From contig JBHHTZ010000002.1 of assembly GCA_046753605.1 (NCBI GenBank), positions 1 to 38,447 on the forward strand: a DNA stretch of 38,447 nucleotides. Reading direction: 5' to 3'. Below the pieces are notes generated by a model. The model ran no database searches. It was not told where the DNA came from and saw only the letters and a program-made list of their open reading frames with translations. How positions within the stretch are numbered: the first letter of the stretch is position 1; each line of letters begins with the position of its first letter. The position numbers were made by a program, and so were the translations under genes. Shown in pieces: positions 24,137 through 31,955 of the stretch. This stretch comes from Anaerolineae bacterium (GTDB lineage: Bacteria > Chloroflexota > Anaerolineae > Epilineales > JAANWY01).

Positions 24137-25996
24137 TCATGGACACGGCTGGCCCCACTGCGCACTCACAAGCATGATATCCTGCACGGTGATAATACCA
24201 TCATCTGGATGCAGGTCGAAGTAGAGCTCGTAGTTCGGGGTAAGCGGGTTGCCATCCGGGTCCGGGTTGGCGGCCGTGAGGTGCCAGCGGCTGGCAATGG
24301 CCACCACGTCATCGATGTCTACCGCTTCATCTCCATCAAAATTGTAGCAACCTGCCGCGATGGCGGCGGCGACAGGGTCTTCAAAGGCTCCAATGTCACA
24401 GGTTGTCCCCTTCGGTCGGGCGACGCCGCGCTGGTCGGTCGCCGGCGCGCCTGCGCAGGTGCCGGCATCAACAGCCGGGCTCCCGACGAGGAGCGCATGG
24501 GTTTCGGTGTTACCAGGTGCATTAAGTTGCAGCGGACCGAGGAGCGGATCGGTATTGACCAGATCGGTTGGTTCCGTGAAGCCACAACTGCTAGCGCTTT
24601 CCAGATTGTAGCCCTGGGACGTGACGACGCTCTTGGTTGTTGTCCCGGTGCCTCCGCCAACAATCGTGTTCTTGAACGTAGCGCTGCCCAGGTTGTGGAT
24701 CATGTTTATGCCGACATTGTTGAAGATGGTGCTGTTGACCACCTGCAGAGTGGCACCGGCATTGTTGCGGATGGCTGCACCGTAGCCGGCGGGGGCCTGA
24801 TTGCCGGTGATGGTTACGTTGGTGAGCGACATAGGGCCGCGATTGTAGATGCCACCCCCGCCCATGCCTTGCAGGGCGAGTGTGTTGCCGCTGATGGTGC
24901 TTTTAGTGAGCGTGGCGGTGGAGGCGTCGCTGGAATGGAACAGCCCGCCGCCTCCCTTGCGGGCTGTGTTATCGCGAATAGTGCTCTGGTCCATGGTCAA
25001 CGCACCCGTGTTGTAGATGCCTCCACCAAAGGAACCAGGTGCGTCGAGTACGTTGTCGCGGATGGTACTGGTGGTGAGCGTGAGCGTGCCACCGCCGCTG
25101 AAGATGCCGGCACCCTGCCGGTTTGCGGTATTTCCGCTGACCGTGCTGTCGGTCAGCGTCAGTGAGCCAAGGGTGGCGATGCCACCCCCTCGTCGCTCCA
25201 CAGTGTTGTCACTGACAGTGACGTTGTTCAACGTCGCCGTGCCCGAATCCAGATTGAAGATGCCGCCGCCAGCATCCCGCGCCGAGTTATCGCTGATGGT
25301 GCCACCGCTCATTGTCAGGGAGCCCTGATTGGCAATGCCACCGCCTGCGGACTCGTCGGCTGCGTTGTCTTTGACGTCGACGTCGGTCAGAGTCAGCGTA
25401 CCCATGTTTCGGATGCCGGCACCTATTCCCGTGACACCGCCACCCACGATGACGACAATGACCGATGCAGTATCCCCGTTCTGGATCGTCACATCCTGGA
25501 TTGTTACGGTGGCACCCGGAAGAATGTCGAACACCCGGTCGAAGGTGAGACCGTCAACGATTGTGGTAGCTGCGTTTGCGCCAATTATGGTCATGTCGTC
25601 GGTGATGTCCAGATCGCCGGTATCGGCCTCATCCTCACCGGTGCCGACACGGGTCAAAGTGTAGACTCCAGCCGGCAAGGTAATGGCATCGGGACCGACC
25701 GTGGCGTTGGCCTGCTGTATGGCCGCACGCAGGGTGCATATGCCAGTCAAGAAGGGGGCGCTGCCGGTATCGCAGAGGCCGTCCGCAAGGCCCCCATCGG
25801 GAAGGTCGGCGACACTGTTGACAAGGAAGGCCGCAGCGTGGGCCACTGGCACTGATCCCGAACCCACGTTCAGCGCTATCCCGGCCATCAGCACAGCGAG
25901 GAAAAACAGATGTAATCCTCGGACGCAGGTGGAACTCAACCTGGCCTTATTGTTGGTAGGCTTGCGGTTCATTCTCGGGTGCATAAGGTGATTCAA
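24137..25996 (-). CDS. H2: identical copy of H1 (dockerin-like tail at 24140-24349)
   Basis: The 619-aa translation is identical to 10955..12814. Confidence 0.9.
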   Translation of the reverse strand: MNHLMHPRMNRKPTNNKARLSSTCVRGLHLFFLAVLMAGIALNVGSGSVPVAHAAAFLVNSVADLPDGGLADGLCDTGSAPFLTGICTLRAAIQQANATVGPDAITLPAGVYTLTRVGTGEDEADTGDLDITDDMTIIGANAATTIVDGLTFDRVFDILPGATVTIQDVTIQNGDTASVIVVIVGGGVTGIGAGIRNMGTLTLTDVDVKDNAADESAGGGIANQGSLTMSGGTISDNSARDAGGGIFNLDSGTATLNNVTVSDNTVERRGGGIATLGSLTLTDSTVSGNTANRQGAGIFSGGGTLTLTTSTIRDNVLDAPGSFGGGIYNTGALTMDQSTIRDNTARKGGGGLFHSSDASTATLTKSTISGNTLALQGMGGGGIYNRGPMSLTNVTITGNQAPAGYGAAIRNNAGATLQVVNSTIFNNVGINMIHNLGSATFKNTIVGGGTGTTTKSVVTSQGYNLESASSCGFTEPTDLVNTDPLLGPLQLNAPGNTETHALLVGSPAVDAGTCAGAPATDQRGVARPKGTTCDIGAFEDPVAAAIAAGCYNFDGDEAVDIDDVVAIASRWHLTAANPDPDGNPLTPNYELYFDLHPDDGIITVQDIMLVSAQWGQPCP

Positions 25997-25999
25997 AGC

Positions 26000-27961
26000 C
26001 TATGGAAATGGAAGAATCCCGCCACCAACCTGCCGGCTGGAGCGCTGGTAGCGGTGATTCCACGTGTCGACGGTGAAGATATCGCTCTCCAGACCAACGT
26101 CATCCGGGTGGAGGCGATCAGCAGCGATGCCGGCCAGGGAATTGAATAGCCCCTCCTCGTCGCCGTAGTGACCAAACTGGTTCTGGAATTCATGATCGTC
26201 TGTATCGCCCTGTCGGAGCAGGTACATGATGCGATGGTTCCCGGTGTCTGCAACATGGAGGTCAACCAGCCGCGGAGCACATCCGTCGATGAAGCCCAGC
26301 ATGCTGTCCAGGCGAATGCCAACACCCACATCCTGGGGTGAGTGGAACTGAACTCCCGTCGTGTCACCCTGTGACGGAATGGCATCCCCGTAGCTGCCAA
26401 TCTCCTTCTTGAAGTCACCCTCTAGGCTGAAGGACTGTACCCGGTGGTTGTTGGTATCCGCGACGTAGACCCGGGCTTCCCAGCTCTCGATTTGGCAGAA
26501 GATTGGGGGCATGCCTCCGAGATCCTGTGGAGTCTCGATGGGGTCTACGTCAATGCCTTCCGGCGAGTTGAACTCGCCGTCCCCATCGCCGTAGTAGCCC
26601 CACTCACCATCATACTTGGGCGCCCCACCATTATTCTCGATCTTGAACCTCTGCACCCGATGGTTGCCTGTGTCGGCCACGTACACGTAGTAGTAGTCGC
26701 CTTGGGGGCCATCTGTGAGTCCCTGTGTGAGGTGCCAGGCGCTGGTTGCCACGCCGCTCGGCGACTTGAACCGTGCGTCCTCGGCGGGGTCTCCTTGACT
26801 GGGGATCGCGTCGCCGTAGCTGCCAAACTGTCCCTGGAAGTTGCCATCCGCGTCAAAGTACTCAATGCGGTGGTTCCCCGTGTCAGCCACGTAGACCACG
26901 GCGTCCGGTCCCACAACCACGTCCTCAGGCAGGTGGAATTCGCCGTCGCCGTCGCCGTAATACCCTATTTCACCCTTAAAAGTCAGGGCCGTCCCATCAG
27001 GCTCATACTCAAAGATCTGGACGCGGTGGTTGCCCGTGTCTGCAATGTAGGCACGGGCTTTCAGCTCATCCAGCCCCATCCCGCCACCAAATCCACCACC
27101 CATACTACCCTCGGCACCAATGCCGCCTTTGATCTGCACGTTCTTGACCACAAAATAGTTCGTGCAGTCCCCCGGTACTTCCGGATCCCCGCAAAGTTGA
27201 TTGCCAATGAGCCCCCATCGGAGCTGGATGATCGAAAAGGCATAGTCGGACAAGCTGACTTCCGCCTTTTGCCCACTGCCCGGCGTCAATGACTGTCCTG
27301 GTCCGGGATGAAGGTCAACCCAGCCGCTGCCATTGATCGAGATGTCAACCCAGCCTCGAGGAGCCGTTGAGTCCAGGTCATATTCAAACGTGAGCGTGAT
27401 CGGTTTGGGGATGTCAAAGAGGTTGATGCGCGGCGAGATGAGGTAGAACGTCCCATTATAATCCGCATGGCGAGCCTGCGTGCCAAGCAGTTGCCACAGG
27501 CCCATTTGCTGCCATCCGTCCATGAGGGTGATCATTGGCTGCCAGTCAATGACGGAGGAGGTATCGATGCCCTCAGGGAGCCGGAACGCTGCATTCTCGC
27601 CAGGGTCCCCCGGGCTGAGGGTCGTGTCGCCGTAGGTGCCCCCGACAAAGTCAACGTTACTGCTCTCGCAATTCAAGTCGGGCGATGCAGCCAGTGCCGC
27701 TGCGTTGACCGCGCCGGGTCCGGTGGCGTTCACCGGCAGGGAGTGCAAGCGAGACGCCTGAGCGCCGACCGGGGCCGGCTGAGAATCGCCGAGGAAGCCT
27801 AGCAACACACCCAGCAGGAAGCTTGCGAGGCTCACCGCGACCAGGGCGGCTGCACGCCGTCGAAGATATGCTATTGCAGATTGCCCAGGGGTATGCGTGG
27901 GGCGCGCACTCACTGTGGCTGGCCTCCCCGCCCAAACCTCGCGCCACATCGGCCGAGGCAT
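26000..27961 (-). CDS. N2: identical copy of N1
   Basis: The 653-aa translation is identical to 12818..14779. Alternative GTG start at 27913. Confidence 0.9.
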   Translation of the reverse strand: MPRPMWREVWAGRPATVSARPTHTPGQSAIAYLRRRAAALVAVSLASFLLGVLLGFLGDSQPAPVGAQASRLHSLPVNATGPGAVNAAALAASPDLNCESSNVDFVGGTYGDTTLSPGDPGENAAFRLPEGIDTSSVIDWQPMITLMDGWQQMGLWQLLGTQARHADYNGTFYLISPRINLFDIPKPITLTFEYDLDSTAPRGWVDISINGSGWVDLHPGPGQSLTPGSGQKAEVSLSDYAFSIIQLRWGLIGNQLCGDPEVPGDCTNYFVVKNVQIKGGIGAEGSMGGGFGGGMGLDELKARAYIADTGNHRVQIFEYEPDGTALTFKGEIGYYGDGDGEFHLPEDVVVGPDAVVYVADTGNHRIEYFDADGNFQGQFGSYGDAIPSQGDPAEDARFKSPSGVATSAWHLTQGLTDGPQGDYYYVYVADTGNHRVQRFKIENNGGAPKYDGEWGYYGDGDGEFNSPEGIDVDPIETPQDLGGMPPIFCQIESWEARVYVADTNNHRVQSFSLEGDFKKEIGSYGDAIPSQGDTTGVQFHSPQDVGVGIRLDSMLGFIDGCAPRLVDLHVADTGNHRIMYLLRQGDTDDHEFQNQFGHYGDEEGLFNSLAGIAADRLHPDDVGLESDIFTVDTWNHRYQRSSRQVGGGILPFP

Positions 27962-28157
27962 CGGATTTCAATAGCGGTGGCTGTTGTTAGGCTGCAACGC
28001 GGAGTCAGCGCGGAGCGCCTCGTGCTATCAGCAAGATATTCCCTGCCTGGTGAATGGTTTTAACTTGAGTGCTGTAACGCAACGCGGGCGCGAAGGATAC
28101 GGGCACTGACCGCGAATTTGCCCATTTTGTGAAAAACTCGTGAATTCCCGAATCGTC

Positions 28158-28187
28158 TTGACCCCCGCCATGCCTTTCATGTATACT
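28158..28187 (+). promoter_or_regulatory. promoter of S2 (TTGACC-N18-TATACT), copy of 14976-15005
   Basis: Lies inside the perfect repeat. Confidence 0.6.
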
Positions 28188-28228
28188 GCAGGCAGTTCAT
28201 TTCAATTGAGAATGTGAGGAGGTCACAA

Positions 28229-28561
28229 ATGAAGAAGACTGTGATGGTTCTGCTGTCCGTCTTGTTGATCGCGCTCGTACTTGTGGTGGGGAGTACCCGA
28301 TGGGGCGGTAACGCCCTGGCTCAATCGCCGGGCAAGCAGGTTGTTGTCTTGAGGTGTTCGGTCAGCGCCCCCGTCTCTTCCATCCCCATCGTCATGTCTG
28401 CCAGTGGAAGTGCCGGCGCTCCGGTTGTCATCAGAGGGACGACCTGCGCGCAGGCCCTGGCAGACCTGCTGAGCGATGGCTTCGGGATACAGGCCGTCGA
28501 GTCTGCCGGCCGAGATAATGACACGGACCTGTACTACACTCTGGCGTCGGGTGGCCCGTGA
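28229..28561 (+). CDS. S2: identical copy of S1
   Basis: Same SD/ATG context. Its stop abuts the P3 stop at 28562-28564. Confidence 0.8.
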   Translation: MKKTVMVLLSVLLIALVLVVGSTRWGGNALAQSPGKQVVVLRCSVSAPVSSIPIVMSASGSAGAPVVIRGTTCAQALADLLSDGFGIQAVESAGRDNDTDLYYTLASGGP

Positions 28562-31500
28562 CTAGCACCCAACATCTGACTCGCAGGCCAGGAGCCACTG
28601 GCCCTGGAACAGGGCCTCGATGCGAACGTGGTATCCCACGGGGGCCTCGACGACGGCGTAAGTTGGGTATTCTTCTGACAGTAACCCGATCGCCAGGCCG
28701 TTCACGTACATACGCCAGTCGTCCACGGGTTGGCTCGATGTCACGGTCTGCTGTCTCATGTCCGCCGAGCCTCCCAATTCACACCACCCTCCACAATCGA
28801 ACTGAGGGGAGGTAGCAGGCGGCGTTGGCGCTGCAGCGAGCTGGCTCACCCAGTTGCTGGCCACCAGCGGCAAATAGAGTTGCCGGGACGAGGTTCCCCC
28901 AGGGGTCGCTGTCGGTGTCGGCGTAGGTGTCGGTGTAGGGGGCAGCGGCGTAGCAGTGCTGGTGGGCGTGCTGGTGGGTGTTGATGTCGGAGCAGGCGAG
29001 GTCGGCGTGCTCGTCGGGGTTGGCTCGGTCGGTTCCTGGCCCGCGTGGAAGCGCATCAAACCCCATCCGTTGGTGCCGATCCAGACATCACCATCCGGCG
29101 CTGCAGCGATGACTTCGACGTCGCCGCTCACCAGCGGCGAATTGGCCGGCGACCAGCTCGCCCACCCGGCCCCGGCACGCGTGAGCTTGATCCCGCCGGC
29201 AGTCTTTTTGATCTCCGTATCCTCTGCCTGGCCATCCCGATCGCCGTCCATGCCACCGCGCGAAGTGCCGGCCCAGACGGTGCCGGCGGCATCCACGGCG
29301 ATAGACGAAACCCAGCCATCGTGCTGGAAGGAGGCGGAATCCCAGGCGCCACCCCGGTACCAGTTGATCGTCGCCGGAACGTAGGGCCAGTTGGAGATAT
29401 CCGTACTCGTGGTGTTGGTCATGCCCCAGGTGCCGGCCCAGATCGCCCCCTCGGGACCAACGGCGATGCTTCGGGCGTCGCCGGTGACGTTCCGACTGGC
29501 GTATGATTGCAGGCCATCGGCCGTCGTGTAGGCTGTCCAGGCCTGGGCAGCCTCGTCATACCGGCCCACGCCGCCCCCCATGTTGCCGAAACCGGCAAAG
29601 TGAGGCGCACCGGACACCCATACCTGGCCCTGGCCGCAATCTGGCGCAATGTCAGTTATGAGGTCCGAAGGAATCGCGGGGTATCTGAATGGGTTCCACC
29701 AGGTATCGTTCTCCAGGTTGTGGGGATCGCCCCCCGTGTCCAGCACATCGATGCCGGCCCCCTGGTTCTCCTGCAAACTCCCCAGCCCAATCCACACCTC
29801 CCCATGGCACCCCACCGCCAGCGCCGATACCCCGTTCGACCGCAATCCCGTTGACTCACCCCCCGTACTCTCCACAGTGCGAACGGTCCACCCCTCACCG
29901 TCGTACACGCTCAACCCCCCGTCGGTGTACCCATGGGCCTCCGAATCCCACATCGCCTCCCGCGTGCCGAACCACACGTTGTCCCCAGCCACGGCCACCG
30001 CCACCACGTTGTCCCCAGCCAGCCCCGTCCACGGCGGCTGCCCATCGTCGTCGGCGCCGGCCTTGGTGAACTGCGTCCACGTATCATCGTCCCCCCCCAG
30101 CGTGCCATGGGTGTCCAGTAGCAGGGCGCCCGCCCCATACCGCCGCTCCCACCGATTGCCCGTGCCCACCCACACCTGGTTCTCCCAGCGCGTGCCGGCC
30201 TCCCCGAAGGCCACATCGGTGATGTAGTTGCTGGGGATGCCCGTGGCAGCCGTGCTCAGCGGGTCGTCGAAGGCCCGCCTGGTCAGATCGAAGGGGCTGA
30301 TGCCGTACGCCCGACCACTGATCCCGCCGGTCCCCATCCAGATGACGTCGTTGCCGGCCAGCATGGCCTGCACCCGGTTGCCCGCCAGACCATCCCCCGT
30401 GGTGAGGGGCTGGCCGGCGGTCGGGTTTTTGACGTTCCACGTGTCGTCGCTGCGGTTGCCGGGCGTGCCGCCGTGATCCAGCACCGACACGCCGTACCCC
30501 TGGCCGTTGAAGCTGTGGTAGCTGCTGAACCAGACGGCGTTGGCCCATTCGGGGTCATTCGGCGGGCCAAAGGCGATGGCATCCACGAAGTTGGACGCCA
30601 GGCCATCGGCGGTGGTGAAGCGATCGCGATCCGGGCGCAGGCTGGCGGCGTCGTAGCGGAAAGTGAGCACGCCCCGGCCGCGCATGGCGGCCCAGATATA
30701 GCCCAGGCTGTCCATGCGCAGTTGGGTGACCACGCACCCAAACTGGCTGTCATCCTCGCAGTTCCAGCTCTTCCAGGTGTCATCGTCCGGCTCCGGCGTG
30801 CCGGCGTGGTCCAGCCGGCTGAGACCACCATGGACCTGGACCCACCGGCCGGGGATGTTCTCGGTGGGTTCTTCGTACAGCCAGTGCTGCCGGCTGGCGA
30901 CCCACACGCGACCCTGTCCTGAGCCTGTCGAAGGGTTGCCCGGCACCGGCAGGATGTCGGTGATGTTGTCGGATGCCAGCCCCAGAATCTGTTGACCCTG
31001 CTGGACGGTGAGGGTGTTGTCCAGGGTGAAGGTGTGGAGCCACACATCGTCACTCGGGTCCAGGGTGCCGTGTGGGTCCAGCTCTGTCAGGCCACCACCG
31101 GTGTAGGCTTCTGCATCGGGGTCCCAGTACTGGGAAGAGCCGATCCACAGGCGGCCGGCCTCATCGACGGCCACAGCGGTGACCTGGTTGGAGGGGAGTT
31201 GGCCGCCGGTGTTCTGCCGGGTGTAGGTGTGCCAGGTGTCGTCGGCTTTGCCGGGAGTGCTGTTGTCATCCAGCACGCTGAGGCCGCCGTCGGTGGCCAG
31301 CCACTTGAGGCCGTGGTCATCGATGGCGATGTCGTAGACTATGTTGCCGGCCAGGCCGTCCTGGGGCTTGAGGAACTGGACGTAGGAACCAGTGGCCGTG
31401 TCCCAGCGCACAACGCCGCCGGCCCGCGTGCCGGCCCACAGGGTGTCACCCTGGCGGGCCAGAGCCAGGATGTCGTCGCCGTTGGCGTAGGTGAACCACT

Positions 31501-31774
31501 GGCCGGCGGGGGGAAAGGGTGGCTCCGTCTGAGCTGCCGAGCGGGGCGGCTGAAAAGGTGACAGCGGCAGGGAGACCAGGAGCAGGATAGCCAGAAGGAC
31601 GAGCGACACAAGGAAGGACGGGCGCGCGATTCTTGTGGTGGGCCTGCCTGACCGGCGTTTGAATTCGCCGGCTGGTACAGGGAGTTCGTTAGAAACGCAC
31701 TGTTGCGCCGCTTGATCAACCTGTTTCAACGGGCCTTTCGTGGCAAGCCGGAGCACAAGGTGGATGGTTACCAT
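28562..31774 (-). CDS. P3: Reg_prop-type propeller protein with PT linker (28903-29038) and terminal 4-Cys domain
   Basis: 1070-codon ORF. N-terminus unrelated to P1/P2 (MVTIHLVLRL...RPSFLVSLVLLAILLLVSLPLS). Lacks the blade-1 REP-like array but keeps the 24-nt insertion at 30911-30934. The start is uncertain: ATG 31774 has no clear SD. Confidence 0.85.
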   Translation of the reverse strand: MVTIHLVLRLATKGPLKQVDQAAQQCVSNELPVPAGEFKRRSGRPTTRIARPSFLVSLVLLAILLLVSLPLSPFQPPRSAAQTEPPFPPAGQWFTYANGDDILALARQGDTLWAGTRAGGVVRWDTATGSYVQFLKPQDGLAGNIVYDIAIDDHGLKWLATDGGLSVLDDNSTPGKADDTWHTYTRQNTGGQLPSNQVTAVAVDEAGRLWIGSSQYWDPDAEAYTGGGLTELDPHGTLDPSDDVWLHTFTLDNTLTVQQGQQILGLASDNITDILPVPGNPSTGSGQGRVWVASRQHWLYEEPTENIPGRWVQVHGGLSRLDHAGTPEPDDDTWKSWNCEDDSQFGCVVTQLRMDSLGYIWAAMRGRGVLTFRYDAASLRPDRDRFTTADGLASNFVDAIAFGPPNDPEWANAVWFSSYHSFNGQGYGVSVLDHGGTPGNRSDDTWNVKNPTAGQPLTTGDGLAGNRVQAMLAGNDVIWMGTGGISGRAYGISPFDLTRRAFDDPLSTAATGIPSNYITDVAFGEAGTRWENQVWVGTGNRWERRYGAGALLLDTHGTLGGDDDTWTQFTKAGADDDGQPPWTGLAGDNVVAVAVAGDNVWFGTREAMWDSEAHGYTDGGLSVYDGEGWTVRTVESTGGESTGLRSNGVSALAVGCHGEVWIGLGSLQENQGAGIDVLDTGGDPHNLENDTWWNPFRYPAIPSDLITDIAPDCGQGQVWVSGAPHFAGFGNMGGGVGRYDEAAQAWTAYTTADGLQSYASRNVTGDARSIAVGPEGAIWAGTWGMTNTTSTDISNWPYVPATINWYRGGAWDSASFQHDGWVSSIAVDAAGTVWAGTSRGGMDGDRDGQAEDTEIKKTAGGIKLTRAGAGWASWSPANSPLVSGDVEVIAAAPDGDVWIGTNGWGLMRFHAGQEPTEPTPTSTPTSPAPTSTPTSTPTSTATPLPPTPTPTPTPTATPGGTSSRQLYLPLVASNWVSQLAAAPTPPATSPQFDCGGWCELGGSADMRQQTVTSSQPVDDWRMYVNGLAIGLLSEEYPTYAVVEAPVGYHVRIEALFQGQWLLACESDVGC
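30911..30934 (-). repeat. 24-nt REP-like insertion in P3 (copy of 17729-17752)
   Basis: Lies inside the perfect repeat. Confidence 0.7.
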
Positions 31775-31794
31775 TCAGATAATGTCTCGTGCTC

Positions 31795-31848
31795 GTAGTA
31801 ACGACTTCAGTCGTTTTGAGCGGGTTGAACCACTGAAGTCGTTACTAC
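31795..31848. repeat. REP-type hairpin: 16-nt perfect inverted arms gtagtaacgacttcag / ctgaagtcgttactac with a 22-nt loop
   Basis: Read directly. Lies in the G3-P3 spacer. The left arm also contains the mini-palindrome aacgac-ttca-gtcgtt. Confidence 0.85.
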
Positions 31849-31899
31849 AAATCTCGGATGTTATTCTGAACATCTATTAGATGCTCAGATCAGTAGCCA

Positions 31900-31928
31900 A
31901 GTATACCACGAGCGCTCAGGATAATCAA
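31900..31928 (-). promoter_or_regulatory. candidate sigma70-like promoter for P3: TTGATT (31928-31923), 17-nt spacer, TATACT (31905-31900)
   Basis: Read from the reverse complement. The -10 hexamer is the same as in the S promoter. Sits in the AT-richer 181-bp spacer. Confidence 0.35.
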
Positions 31929-31955
31929 GCTTCTCAACTTTCAACTTCCATGACC

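Larger units (their letters stand above)
18390..31312. repeat. copy B of the 12,923-bp perfect direct repeat
   Basis: See copy A. Offset is +13,182. Confidence 0.9.

Noticed and set aside
5208-31312. Duplication caused by a transposon, ICE or prophage
   Set aside because: There is no transposase, integrase or phage ORF in any frame. I see no terminal inverted repeats or target-site duplications at the boundaries. Both boundaries lie within homologous P genes.
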